From positions 602-64,601 of the forward strand of contig CAYLVJ010000001.1 in assembly GCA_964387175.1 (NCBI GenBank): a DNA stretch of 64,000 nucleotides. The letters run 5' to 3'. The stretch comes from an uncultured Candidatus Saccharibacteria bacterium. Its GTDB lineage: Bacteria; Patescibacteriota; Minisyncoccia; Minisyncoccales; CAYTKG01. Positions 10,252-19,333 of this stretch are shown here, in pieces. The translations under genes were made by a program, and so were the position numbers. The notes beneath the pieces were generated by a model. That model ran no database searches. It was not told the DNA's origin and saw only the letters and a list, made by a program, of their open reading frames with translations. Positions within the stretch are counted from its first letter, which is position 1. Every line of letters starts with the position of its first letter.

Positions 10252-10334
10252 GCCGCGGTGGTGAAATTGGCAAACACGCATGGTTTAGGACCATGTGCCT
10301 TCTTGGCTTGTGGGTTCGAGTCCCACCCGCGGCA
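10252..10334 (+). tRNA. tRNA-Leu (UAG), long variable arm
   Basis: acceptor GCCGCGG/CCGCGGC, anticodon loop TTTAGGA, long variable arm, T-loop GGTTCGAGTCC. Confidence 0.8.
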
Positions 10335-10339
10335 TAGAA

Positions 10340-10372
10340 AAAACCGTCTTTTTTGTAGACGGTTTTTTAATT
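10340..10372. terminator. bidirectional terminator (AAAAACCGTCTTTTTTGTAGACGGTTTTTT)
   Basis: palindrome with flanking A/T tracts between + tRNA and - hsp20. Confidence 0.5.
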
Positions 10373-10377
10373 CTTTT

Positions 10378-10764
10378 TTATTTTTCCTCTATTTCGATTC
10401 TTTTCCCTTCCTTTTCTTCTTGTTTAGGGAGGGTTACCGTTAACACTCCGTTTTCCACTGTTGCTCTAACCTCTTTTTTCTTTATCGGTTCGGGAAGAGT
10501 AACTTCTCTTGTAAAGGATCCGAAATAACATTCTCGAAGAAGGAAGTCTTCTTCGGGTATTTCTTCAGATTCTTTTCTTGTTCCTTTGATCGTTAAAATA
10601 TCTCCTTCGATTAAAATCTCCAAGTCGCTGGAATCAATACCTGCGATAGGAGCTCTAACCTTTATCTCTTCATTGGTTTCATAAACATCGATGACGAGTT
10701 CTCCTTCGGGCTCGAACCATCCTTCTTTTTTAACGTCAATTTCCTTTTTGTTTTGTTTTTCCAT
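10378..10764 (-). CDS. Hsp20/alpha-crystallin family small heat shock protein
   Basis: alpha-crystallin domain (VRAPIAGIDSSDLEILIEGDILTIKG...GSFTREVTLPEPI...NGVLTVTLPK); alternative upstream ATG at 10800. Confidence 0.8.
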   Translation of the reverse strand: MEKQNKKEIDVKKEGWFEPEGELVIDVYETNEEIKVRAPIAGIDSSDLEILIEGDILTIKGTRKESEEIPEEDFLLRECYFGSFTREVTLPEPIKKKEVRATVENGVLTVTLPKQEEKEGKRIEIEEK

Positions 10765-10777
10765 CTTATTTTTTTTA

Positions 10778-11476
10778 TTAATCTTTACATAAACTTTCAA
10801 GACCTTTGGCTTTTTGAAAAAGATACAAGACTACAAAGAACATAAAGGTGAGAAGCAGGGCGGGAAAAGTAAAGTGTGAGAATCTTTTCATCCTTATTAT
10901 AGAGAAATTATACAAAGTATGCAAAACGATGGCTAAAGAAAACCCTGAAAAAAGATAAGAAATCTTTTTTCTTTTTTTGTAAAAAGAAAGAGCTAAAAAA
11001 TAACCGATGATGCCGGAACAAAGAGCGTGAAGAAGGGTGGCTCCTAAAAAGCGCAGCCCGGAGTAAGCAAACACCTCTAAGAATTTCAATTCCCGGGCAA
11101 AAAACAAAGCTACATTTTCCGCGCTGGCAAAGCCCATTGCGGAACTTACCATGTAAATCATAAGATCTATTGGTTCGTCCATATTAAGGTTGCGTATTCC
11201 TCTAAGCTGAACCGGAAGAAATTTTAAAACCTCTTCTATAACTGCTACTCCGAAAAAAAGAAGCATGAATTTGGGAACTTCTTGTATTTTAAGCGGATTA
11301 ACCCATCTTAAAAGAAAGGTTTCTATAACAGCAGCGAAAAGAGCACTCACCGCTCCTAAAAGAAAAAGCTCCAATATTTTCTTTTTGGGTTCGGGGTCTT
11401 CGTCTTTTTTAAAGTAAAAGAGAAGCCAGAGAAAACTAGGCAAAAGGCCTAATAAAACGTAAATGATTCTATTCAT
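10778..11476 (-). CDS. PrsW-family intramembrane protease-like membrane protein
   Basis: multi-TM, EEVLK (EExxK), LLHAL and HTLYN (HxxxN) motifs. Confidence 0.5.
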   Translation of the reverse strand: MNRIIYVLLGLLPSFLWLLFYFKKDEDPEPKKKILELFLLGAVSALFAAVIETFLLRWVNPLKIQEVPKFMLLFFGVAVIEEVLKFLPVQLRGIRNLNMDEPIDLMIYMVSSAMGFASAENVALFFARELKFLEVFAYSGLRFLGATLLHALCSGIIGYFLALSFYKKRKKISYLFSGFSLAIVLHTLYNFSIIRMKRFSHFTFPALLLTFMFFVVLYLFQKAKGLESLCKD

Positions 11477-12654
11477 GGTTCTAAATTAAGATTAGCATGA
11501 GCTTTTACTTCTTTCCAATTTTTTGACTTCATAAAAAATGAAGCGGCGGCGATCATAAAGGCGTTGTCGGTGCAAAGTTCGGGGGAGGGCGCTAAAAGCT
11601 GAAGAGTAGAGGAGAGGTTGTTTTTTATCTTTTCTCTTAGTTTTTTGTTGGCACACACCCCTCCGCCTAAGATAACGGATCGAGCGGGATAATTAAGACT
11701 TGCTTTTATTAGCTTCGTAGTTAAAACATCGGTTATTGCCTCTTCTATTTCAAAAGAAAGTTCTTGAATGAAGCTTTCGCTTTCTTTTCTTTTTTTCTCA
11801 GTATCTCGAAGGAGATAAAGCACGGCGGTTTTAAGGCCGGAAAAAGAAAAGTCGTAGTTTTTAGTTTTTATCATCGGTCTCGGCAGGTGAATAGAAGAAC
11901 CGGTTGGCCTGCGGGAGAATTTTTCCGCCATTTCGGCGATACTTGGTCCTCCGGGGTAAGGAAGGCCCATCATGCGGGCTGTTTTGTCAAAGCATTCTCC
12001 TGCCGCGTCATCTCTTGTTTCTCCCAGCACTTTGTATTTCCCAATGTCTTTTACCAAGGCAAGTAAAGTATGCCCTCCAGAGGCGACAAGAGCCAAGGCG
12101 GGGAAAACCTCCTCTTTTTTTCTTATCCTAAAGCCATCCTCTTTTTTTTCTAATAGGTTAACTAAAATGTGAGCTTCGATATGGTTGACGGGGATTAAGG
12201 GAACCTTCCACCCTGCGGATATTATTTTGGCGAAATTAACCCCCATCCACAGACACGGCTCAAGCCCCGGTCCGTAAGTTACAGCAACCCGGTCGATTTT
12301 TAGCCTTTTAATTTCTTTTAAGGTTTTTTTAGAGCTCCGGTAAAAACCCTTGTCTTTGAATGATTTTTTTAAATCTCTTTTTTCTTTTTCAATCTGAAAC
12401 TCGGATTTTAATTTTAAATTACTTGGTGTTTTTTTAACAATTTTTCTTAAAAGAAGGGGAAGATTCTTTTGGTGTTCTCTTTGGGCTAAAGTCGGGAAAA
12501 CTCCTCCGTGCTTTTGGTGCAGCTTTGTTTGAGAGGCAAGCTCTTCAGCCACTTTTTTTATTTTACCTTCCTTTTTTTCCAAAAAAGCCAACCCTGTCTC
12601 ATCACAGGAGGTTTCGATAGCCAATACTTTTTTAGATATTATTTTTTGGTTCAT
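11473..12654 (-). CDS. tsaD: tRNA N6-adenosine threonylcarbamoyltransferase TsaD (Kae1/Gcp family) with lysine-rich insertion
   Basis: LAIETSCDETG N-terminus, HIEAH, GGGVCANKKLRE; ~50 aa K-rich insert. Confidence 0.9.
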   Translation of the reverse strand: MNQKIISKKVLAIETSCDETGLAFLEKKEGKIKKVAEELASQTKLHQKHGGVFPTLAQREHQKNLPLLLRKIVKKTPSNLKLKSEFQIEKEKRDLKKSFKDKGFYRSSKKTLKEIKRLKIDRVAVTYGPGLEPCLWMGVNFAKIISAGWKVPLIPVNHIEAHILVNLLEKKEDGFRIRKKEEVFPALALVASGGHTLLALVKDIGKYKVLGETRDDAAGECFDKTARMMGLPYPGGPSIAEMAEKFSRRPTGSSIHLPRPMIKTKNYDFSFSGLKTAVLYLLRDTEKKRKESESFIQELSFEIEEAITDVLTTKLIKASLNYPARSVILGGGVCANKKLREKIKNNLSSTLQLLAPSPELCTDNAFMIAAASFFMKSKNWKEVKAHANLNLEP

Positions 12655-12696
12655 AAGTAATTATTACATTTTAACACGACCTAGTCTTCCTGGTAG

Positions 12697-12726
12697 TTGA
12701 CAAACTAAAGAATTTGTTGTTATACT
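12697..12726 (+). promoter_or_regulatory. sigma70-like promoter TTGACA-N18-TATACT enclosed by 9-bp inverted repeat (12686-12694 / 12763-12771)
   Basis: consensus -35, near-consensus -10, 70 nt upstream of small ORF. Confidence 0.35.
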
Positions 12727-12796
12727 TTTCTTAGTAGGGATAAACGGTAAGGAAGAAAATCAACCAGGAAGATTAAACTAAAAGGAGGTGAGAATA

Positions 12797-12979
12797 ATGG
12801 CAGGGCAGAAGTATAGAGAATATGCAGAGCCCCTTACTGGACTCACTGGTCTCCTCGCGGATGGGTGGAAGGTGAAGCTTACTCATGTCGAAAGTGGAGA
12901 CAGGGTGGAGGCGACCGGCAATACCAAGGAAGAGGCTCGTCAAAGAGCGTATCAGAAGATGCGGGAATTAGGACACTAA
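12797..12979 (+). CDS. small protein (60 aa), possible HicB-like fold; higher GC than surroundings
   Basis: AAAGGAGGTGAGA 8 nt upstream of ATG, own terminator; C-terminus ATGNTKEEARQRAYQKM resembles HicB-type antitoxins. Confidence 0.5.
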   Translation: MAGQKYREYAEPLTGLTGLLADGWKVKLTHVESGDRVEATGNTKEEARQRAYQKMRELGH

Positions 12980-13003
12980 TTTTCCTTCCTGCCGTTTATC
13001 CAA

Positions 13004-13035
13004 GGGTGCCACTCGTAGTGGCACCCTATCTTTTT
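13004..13035 (+). terminator. rho-independent terminator (GGGTGCCACTCGTAGTGGCACCC + T-tract)
   Basis: 9-bp GC-rich stem followed by TATCTTTTT. Confidence 0.55.
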
Positions 13036-13085
13036 ATTAATATAGTTGAAGTTTTTTTATTTTTAATTTACTATTAAGTTGAACT

Positions 13086-13160
13086 GACCCCATCGTCTAG
13101 TCTGGCCTAGGACATCAGGTTTTCATCCTGGCAACCCGGGTTCGAATCCCGGTGGGGTCG
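13086..13160 (+). tRNA. tRNA-Glu (UUC)
   Basis: acceptor GACCCCA/TGGGGTC, anticodon loop TTTTCAT, T-loop GGTTCGAATCC. Confidence 0.8.
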
Positions 13161-13168
13161 CAAAGATT

Positions 13169-14719
13169 ATGAATTACCTGCGAATCGGCAGAGCCGGGGA
13201 ATTAAAAGATCCGAAAGAGCGTAGATTATATCGCTTTCTAGAACTGGTCCCCGGAGGCCTAACATGGCTTACTTTAGTCGGCGCCCTCCTTTTAGCTTGG
13301 ATGGCGCCTTTTTTCACTTCTTATCTTTTGATTGTTTTTGCTGTTTTTTGGTTTTTAAGAAGTACTTACTTAAACTCACACCTTTGGACGAGTTTTAAAA
13401 AAATGAAGGAGGTTCAAAGTAAAAACTGGCTGAAAAAGCTAAAGAACCTCAAAAATTATTCGTTAGATATTAAAAACTGGAAGGAGATTTATCATGTTGT
13501 TTTGCTCCCCAACTACAAAGAACCTTATGAGGTGATAAAGGAAAGCGTTGATTCAATTTTTGACTCGAATTATCCCAAGGATCGTTTGATTGTTGTTTTA
13601 AGTTTTGAAGAAAGAGCAGGAGAGGAAAGAAAAAAAGTCGCTCGGAAACTAAAAAAAGAGTTTAAAGGAAAGTTTAAAAATCTCGTTATTACTTTTCATC
13701 CCGGGGATTTGGAAGGTGAGATCCCGGGTCACGGATCAAACGACGCCTGGGCTTCAAAAGAGGTGAAAAGAAAGGTTTTGGATCCAATGGGAATTAGTTA
13801 TGAAAATGTGATAATTTCTTCTTTTGATACGGACACCATCGTTTACCCGGATTACTTTGCCCGTCTTGCTTATGTTTATCTTACCACCCAAAATCCCACC
13901 CGTGCCTCTTACCAGCCGGTGCCTCTTTTTAACAATAATATTTGGAGAGTTCCTTTTTTTTCTCAAACGTCTTCTTTTTCAACTACCTTTTGGCAGATGA
14001 TGTGTCAGGAGAGGAAAAGCAAACTGGTTAGTTTTTCCTCTCACTCTATGAGTTTCAAGGCCTTGCACGAGGTGGGTTACAAACAACCCAACATTATTGC
14101 TGATGACTCCAGAATATTTTATCAATGTTTTTTTAAATTTAACGGAGATTACAGGGTAAAACCTCTTTATTATCCCGTCTCCATGGATGCCAATGAAGGA
14201 AAAAACTTCTGGGCGACGGTTAAAAATATTTACAAGCAGAAGAAAAGGTGGGCCTACGGGGCGGAAGACGTTCCTTATTTTCTCTACGGTTGTTTAAAAA
14301 ACAAGAAAGTTCCTTTAAGAAAAAAAATCTCCAGGGGAGTGGAGCTTATTGTGGGGCACTGGACGTGGGCGACGACATCCGTTTTGATATTTGCTCTTGG
14401 TTGGCTTCCCATTTTTTTAGGAGGAAAAGAGTTCAACCGCTCTTTGGTCTCCTATAGTGTTCCTTATTTGGCCAGCCGGGTGATGACTATTGCCATGATC
14501 GGACTTATAACATCAATTTGGTTTGCCGCTCAGCTTTTACCGGCCAGTGAAAAAGAAAAAAAAGCGAAGGGAAAGCTTCGCTATGTCGGTTTTCTTTTGA
14601 GTTGGTTTTTAGTGCCTTTTGAACTACTTATCTTCGATTCTCTTCCCGCCGTTCATGCTCAAACAAAAATTCTCACCCAGGACTATCTTCAATTCTGGAA
14701 CACACCCAAGTCCAGATAA
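13169..14719 (+). CDS. family 2 glycosyltransferase, processive membrane type (cellulose/chitin-synthase-like)
   Basis: N- and C-terminal TM helices, DxD (SFDTDT), QxxRW motif (QKKRWAYG). Confidence 0.7.
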   Translation: MNYLRIGRAGELKDPKERRLYRFLELVPGGLTWLTLVGALLLAWMAPFFTSYLLIVFAVFWFLRSTYLNSHLWTSFKKMKEVQSKNWLKKLKNLKNYSLDIKNWKEIYHVVLLPNYKEPYEVIKESVDSIFDSNYPKDRLIVVLSFEERAGEERKKVARKLKKEFKGKFKNLVITFHPGDLEGEIPGHGSNDAWASKEVKRKVLDPMGISYENVIISSFDTDTIVYPDYFARLAYVYLTTQNPTRASYQPVPLFNNNIWRVPFFSQTSSFSTTFWQMMCQERKSKLVSFSSHSMSFKALHEVGYKQPNIIADDSRIFYQCFFKFNGDYRVKPLYYPVSMDANEGKNFWATVKNIYKQKKRWAYGAEDVPYFLYGCLKNKKVPLRKKISRGVELIVGHWTWATTSVLIFALGWLPIFLGGKEFNRSLVSYSVPYLASRVMTIAMIGLITSIWFAAQLLPASEKEKKAKGKLRYVGFLLSWFLVPFELLIFDSLPAVHAQTKILTQDYLQFWNTPKSR

Positions 14720-14720
14720 A

Positions 14721-16802
14721 TTATTCCAAATGAACGTTTTTTGAAAAGCGCCTTAAGCGCTTTTTTAAAACGGGATACTTATTTAAAGAAGGAGATTTTT
14801 TCAGCAACTCTTTGGCTCTTTTTCTCGCTTCTTTAACCATTTTTAAATCTCCCAAAGAAGCCATTATTAATCCGGTCTTTCCGGACTGCCTTTGTCCTAA
14901 AAAGTCTCCTACTCCCCTTATCTTTAGATCTTTCTCTGCTAACTTAAAACCATCGTTTGTTTCAACCAAAGCCCGCAGTCTTTCGGTTTCTCTTTTTTCT
15001 TCGGAGGTTGGGAAAAGAAAACAATGAGAAGGGCTGTTTGAACGTCCTATTCTTCCTCTAAGTTGATGAAGCTGGGCCAACCCAAACCTTTCTGCCCCTT
15101 CTATAATCATCACCGACGCCCGGGGGACGTCTATCCCGACTTCGATTATGGAGGTGGAAAGCAAGATGTCTATTTCTCCCGCTGAAAATTCTTTCATGAG
15201 TTTTTCTTTTTTTTCACTATCGATCCGGCCGTGTATTTTTTCCACCTTCAAATCGGGGAATACTTTTTTACTTAAAAACTCCCAGTTTTCTTCTATCGAT
15301 TTTACATCTGTTTTTTCATCGAGTAAGATGCGGGGGAAAATTATGAAAGCCTGCTTTCCTTTTTTCATTTCGCTTTTTACGAATTCATATATTTTCTCCC
15401 TTTCTTCTTGAGGAACAATCACGGTGCGGACTTTTCTTTCACCGTGAGGCATCTCATCAATTGTTGAAATGTCCAAGTCACCATATATTGTTAGCCCCAA
15501 GCTGCGGGGGATGGGTGTAGCCGTCATACTTAAAAAGTGGGCATATTTTTTACTTTCTTTTTTCCTTAGTTTCCCTCTTTGTTTTACTCCGAAGCGGTGT
15601 TGTTCATCAATCACAACAAAAGCTAATTTGGAAAAGTTAACGCCTTTTTGAATCAAAGCATGGGTTCCAACCACTATATCAATCTTTCCCCCTTCAATCA
15701 TCTTTAAAAATTCTTGTTTTTTTGTTTCTAGTATCTTTTTTTCTTCAGCAATTCTACTTTTAGATCCGGTTAAAAGACCTGTTGAAACATTTGTTTCTTT
15801 AAAAAAGTTGCTTAGTTTTTTGAAATGCTGGTGGGCTAAAATTTCAGTTGGAGCCATCAGTGCGGTTTGAAAATTGTTTCTTGCGGTGTTTAAGGCGGCA
15901 ATAGCGGCTGTTATTGTTTTTCCCGATCCTACATCTCCTTGGAGAAGACGCGCCATGGGGCTTTCTTCTTCCATATCTTTTAAAATCTCCCAGGCAGATT
16001 TTTTCTGAGAGTCGGTGAGAGTAAAAGGAAGACTTTTTACAAATTCCTTAACCTCTTTTTCTTTAAAGTTAATTTTCCAGGATTTTTTCTGTTTTACTTT
16101 TCTTCTGGATCGGAGCATCTTAAGTTCCAGTAAGAAAAGTTCCTCGAAGGAGAAGCGTCTTATCGCCTCTTTTTTAGTTTCTTTATTTTCAGGAAAGTGA
16201 ATTTCTTTCAAAGCATTTTTAAAAGAATAAAGATTTTCACTTTTAATAATTTCCAAAGGAAGAGTTTCCGGCATACGGGGGGATATTTTTTTAACCAAAG
16301 GAAAAAGAACGTACCTCAACCAGCGGGAGGAGACACCTTCCGTTTCGGGATAAACGGGGACTAATCTAGCGGTGTGAATTTGTTCTTCTTTTTTTCTTTC
16401 ATGGATCGGATTGGAAAGAAAGGGGCCGTTTTTACCAACTTTTACTGGTCCCGCGAAATAAAAATTTCCTTTTTTTTGAAAAGTGTCTTTTAAGTAAGGT
16501 TGGTTAAACCACAAGGCGGGGATCAACCCTGTTTCGTCTTTAACAAAGGCTTTGGTGATCGTTATTCTTTTTCTTGCGGTCCGATCGTTTAAAACGCGGG
16601 TCACATTCCCCTTGACGCAGATTTTTTCTTTGGGTTTTGCCCCTCGAGCTTTTTTTATTTTCACTACAGAAGAGAAATCTTCATAACGATGGGGAAAATG
16701 AAAAAGAAGGTCTCCTAAATTTTTAATCCCCAAGCTTTCAAGTCTTTTGGCGTATTTGTCCGAGATCCTCGGTGTTTTTTTAATTGGGGTTTTAAGGTTC
16801 AT
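14721..16802 (-). CDS. recG: ATP-dependent DNA helicase RecG
   Basis: wedge/OB N-terminus, helicase motifs GDVGSGKT, DEQHRFGV, C-terminal helicase domain. Confidence 0.9.
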   Translation of the reverse strand: MNLKTPIKKTPRISDKYAKRLESLGIKNLGDLLFHFPHRYEDFSSVVKIKKARGAKPKEKICVKGNVTRVLNDRTARKRITITKAFVKDETGLIPALWFNQPYLKDTFQKKGNFYFAGPVKVGKNGPFLSNPIHERKKEEQIHTARLVPVYPETEGVSSRWLRYVLFPLVKKISPRMPETLPLEIIKSENLYSFKNALKEIHFPENKETKKEAIRRFSFEELFLLELKMLRSRRKVKQKKSWKINFKEKEVKEFVKSLPFTLTDSQKKSAWEILKDMEEESPMARLLQGDVGSGKTITAAIAALNTARNNFQTALMAPTEILAHQHFKKLSNFFKETNVSTGLLTGSKSRIAEEKKILETKKQEFLKMIEGGKIDIVVGTHALIQKGVNFSKLAFVVIDEQHRFGVKQRGKLRKKESKKYAHFLSMTATPIPRSLGLTIYGDLDISTIDEMPHGERKVRTVIVPQEEREKIYEFVKSEMKKGKQAFIIFPRILLDEKTDVKSIEENWEFLSKKVFPDLKVEKIHGRIDSEKKEKLMKEFSAGEIDILLSTSIIEVGIDVPRASVMIIEGAERFGLAQLHQLRGRIGRSNSPSHCFLFPTSEEKRETERLRALVETNDGFKLAEKDLKIRGVGDFLGQRQSGKTGLIMASLGDLKMVKEARKRAKELLKKSPSLNKYPVLKKRLRRFSKNVHLE
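14742..14770. terminator. bidirectional terminator (AAGCGCCTTAAGCGCTTTTTT)
   Basis: palindrome between convergent GT2 and recG. Confidence 0.5.
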
Positions 16803-16804
16803 TT

Positions 16805-17788
16805 TTACAAAGAAGAGAAGTTTAACTTTCTTTTTTTAAGTATCTTTCTTGTCATTCCCTTGGTTTGTCCGGCCCACTTTGACTGGGCGAAAAGTTGTAA
16901 ATCTTCTTTTGTGTGGGAGTCGCCACCGCCGCTTTGGGTGAGTTCATATTTTTCGGTTAGCTTTTTCATGGTTTCCATATCTTTTTCGACTTCGAAGGTA
17001 GGGTTTTCCAAAAGACTGAGGCAAAAAATTATTTCTGCCCCGTCCAACCTTTTTTGCCGGAAGATTTTTTCAGCTAACTTTTCATTAAATTTATGCTTAT
17101 TTAAACTCCAGTGAGCTAAGATTGCTATTCCTCCCGCTTCTCTTATTAATTTTACGGTTTTATCAAGCGGTGTGAAGTAAAGATAGGGAATCCAACTTTT
17201 AAAAATTGCATTTTCGCTTAAAAACAAACCGTAAGGCCATTTTTTCTTGTCTCTTGATTTTATTCTTTTCCACGTCTTTTTAGACTTCGGATCTTTTTTC
17301 TTGCTGGCTTTTCGGGCAAACTTCATTATGAGATTTCTGTTTTTTTTCTTTTTATTGAGCTCTTCTACTATGTGGGGTCTTCCTAAAGATTTTTTATTTT
17401 TTATCTCATCAAAGCTTATATCAAAACCCAGCTTAGCGAGGTTTTGAATCATGCCCCGGGCTCTTTCTTCCCGCGCTTCGGCAGCTTTCTGGCAGTATCT
17501 TTTTAAAGGTTTGTTTGTAGGGTCGACAAAAAGTCCCACGATATGGAAGTTGCTGGCTGCTCCCCCTATTTCCCTGGGCCACCCCGAAGAGATTTCTATG
17601 CCTACGATCCATTTTGTAGGGTGGTTTTTGTTTTTTTCCAAAACTTCCAGGTCTTTTTTGCCTGGAAGACGGTCGTGGTCTGTAAAAGCTACCACTGATA
17701 TTTTATTTTCCGCGCAGACATCTAAAACTTCTTTGTAGTTTAGTTCTCCGTCTGAAGTTGTGGTGTGCGCGTGTAGGTTTTCATACAT
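16805..17788 (-). CDS. PHP-domain phosphoesterase with lysine-rich insertion
   Basis: N-terminal HAHTTTSDG...AFTDHD PHP motifs. Confidence 0.7.
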   Translation of the reverse strand: MYENLHAHTTTSDGELNYKEVLDVCAENKISVVAFTDHDRLPGKKDLEVLEKNKNHPTKWIVGIEISSGWPREIGGAASNFHIVGLFVDPTNKPLKRYCQKAAEAREERARGMIQNLAKLGFDISFDEIKNKKSLGRPHIVEELNKKKKNRNLIMKFARKASKKKDPKSKKTWKRIKSRDKKKWPYGLFLSENAIFKSWIPYLYFTPLDKTVKLIREAGGIAILAHWSLNKHKFNEKLAEKIFRQKRLDGAEIIFCLSLLENPTFEVEKDMETMKKLTEKYELTQSGGGDSHTKEDLQLFAQSKWAGQTKGMTRKILKKRKLNFSSL

Positions 17789-17823
17789 ATCTTATTATAT
17801 CAAAAAAGGGCGAAAAGCCCTTT

Positions 17824-17900
17824 TGGTGCGCCCAGCAGGACTTGAACCTGCACTTTTCGGCTCCGCAAGCCGACGTTTTTTCCAATTAAACTATGGGCGC
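17824..17900 (-). tRNA. tRNA-Arg (GCG), CCA encoded
   Basis: acceptor GCGCCCA/TGGGCGC, anticodon loop TTGCGGA; followed (on - strand) by terminator 17796-17823. Confidence 0.75.
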
Positions 17901-17942
17901 TTTGTAAGTTCATTAAAGCATAAAAATGAAAAAAGATAAAGT

Positions 17943-17953
17943 TGTGTTATAAT
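17943..17953 (+). promoter_or_regulatory. extended -10 promoter TGTGTTATAAT upstream of tRNA-Ser pair
   Basis: TGnTATAAT consensus ~50 nt before tRNA 5' end. Confidence 0.4.
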
Positions 17954-18004
17954 CAAAATGAAAGTTTACTTTCTTTAAAATTTGTGTTTTACTAATGAAA
18001 GAAG

Positions 18005-18087
18005 GGAGGAGTCGCATAATGGTATTGCAATGGCTTGCTAAGCCATGACGGTTTACCGTCTTGCGGGTTCAAATCCCGCCTCCTCCG
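18005..18087 (+). tRNA. tRNA-Ser (GCU)
   Basis: acceptor GGAGGAG/CTCCTCC, anticodon loop TTGCTAA, long variable arm. Confidence 0.8.
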
Positions 18088-18094
18088 CATTCAC

Positions 18095-18178
18095 GGTGGG
18101 CTGCGCCGAATTGGCAAGGCACCGGTTTTGAAAACCGGCGGGCTTCGGCCCTTACAGGTTCAAGTCCTGTGCCCACCG
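18095..18178 (+). tRNA. tRNA-Ser (UGA)
   Basis: acceptor GGTGGGC/GCCCACC, anticodon stem CCGGT/ACCGG, loop TTTGAAA, long variable arm. Confidence 0.8.
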
Positions 18179-18192
18179 CTAAGTATTAAAGC

Positions 18193-18630
18193 ATGAAAAC
18201 TGTAAAAGAATTTTCAGCCGGAGGAGTGGTATTTAAAAAAGAGGCCGAGCCTCTTTTTCTCTTGGGCAAACACTCCGGTTATCACAAATGGGTTCTGCCC
18301 AAAGGCAGACCCGAAAAAGAAGAAACTCCGATTGAAGCAGCCGGGAGAGAAATAAGAGAGGAGACAGGGATTAAAGCCGAGCTTGTTTTTCGCGAGCCGC
18401 TCGTTAAGGAACATTATTTTTACACCAAAGAAAAAAACAAAAAAAAGACAAGAGTTTCAAAAAGAGTCTTTTTTTATCTTTTCCGCTTTAGGAAGGGTGT
18501 GATTGAAGATCACGGCTGGGAGATGGAAAAAGTCGGGTGGTTTTCTTACAAAGAAGCTTTAGGCAAGATGGCTTTTTCCGGAGAGAAAGAAGCGGTTAAA
18601 AAGGCAAGGATAAAAATTACTAACCTTTAG
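18193..18630 (+). CDS. NUDIX hydrolase
   Basis: Nudix box GRPEKEETPIEAAGREIREETGI. Confidence 0.8.
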   Translation: MKTVKEFSAGGVVFKKEAEPLFLLGKHSGYHKWVLPKGRPEKEETPIEAAGREIREETGIKAELVFREPLVKEHYFYTKEKNKKKTRVSKRVFFYLFRFRKGVIEDHGWEMEKVGWFSYKEALGKMAFSGEKEAVKKARIKITNL

Positions 18631-19276
18631 CGATTACCAATCCCTTCACCTCGTCGGCTCCTGCTTTTTTTAAAGCTTTGCGGGCTTTTTTTAAGGTGGT
18701 TAGGGTGACCGCGACGTCATCGAAGATAATTATTTTCTTACCCTTTACTTCTTTGGGGTTGGGGCAAAAAAAGGCGTTTTCTAAACTTTCTCTTCTTTTA
18801 AAAAGGGGCAGCTCAGACTGTGGTTTTGTTTTCTTTCTTTTTTCAAGCAAGGAAGAGGAAAAGGGAAGTTCGTAGTAACCGGCAATTATTTTCACTATCC
18901 GTAATGATTGGTTAAACCCCCTCCATCTTTTCCGAGCAGGAAAAAGCGGAATGGGAGTTAAAAGATATTCCTTTTTCTTTAAAAAGTCAGGTTTCTTTTC
19001 TAAGATGTTAAAATAAGTTATAATAACAGAAGCCAGTTCAGTAGCAATCTGCCGGGCGAAAGGAGGATTTTTGTACTTTTCGATCATCTTTTTTACAAGA
19101 CTATTCCTGTAGTCTGCGGCGAAGTAAATAGTGAAAGGATCTTTTATGGGACGTCTTGGAAAGTCCAGAGTGGAAAGACAATCTTGACAAAGGTAACTTC
19201 CATATTGCCGGCAGCCCAGACAATGCTTCGGGAAAAGAAGATCCGCTAAAAAATTTTTAATTTTAAAATAAGGCAT
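18620..19276 (-). CDS. comF: ComF-family protein (zinc ribbon + phosphoribosyltransferase domain)
   Basis: CLGCRQ..CQDC zinc ribbon, PRTase motif KKIIIFDDVAVTLTTL; start set at MPYFKIK to avoid overlap with pilM. Confidence 0.75.
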   Translation of the reverse strand: MPYFKIKNFLADLLFPKHCLGCRQYGSYLCQDCLSTLDFPRRPIKDPFTIYFAADYRNSLVKKMIEKYKNPPFARQIATELASVIITYFNILEKKPDFLKKKEYLLTPIPLFPARKRWRGFNQSLRIVKIIAGYYELPFSSSLLEKRKKTKPQSELPLFKRRESLENAFFCPNPKEVKGKKIIIFDDVAVTLTTLKKARKALKKAGADEVKGLVIAKG

Positions 19277-19333
19277 TGTAGTCCGTTTTTCTTCATTTTT
19301 TATGTTACAATATGAAAACGGGCTCCGAAAGTT

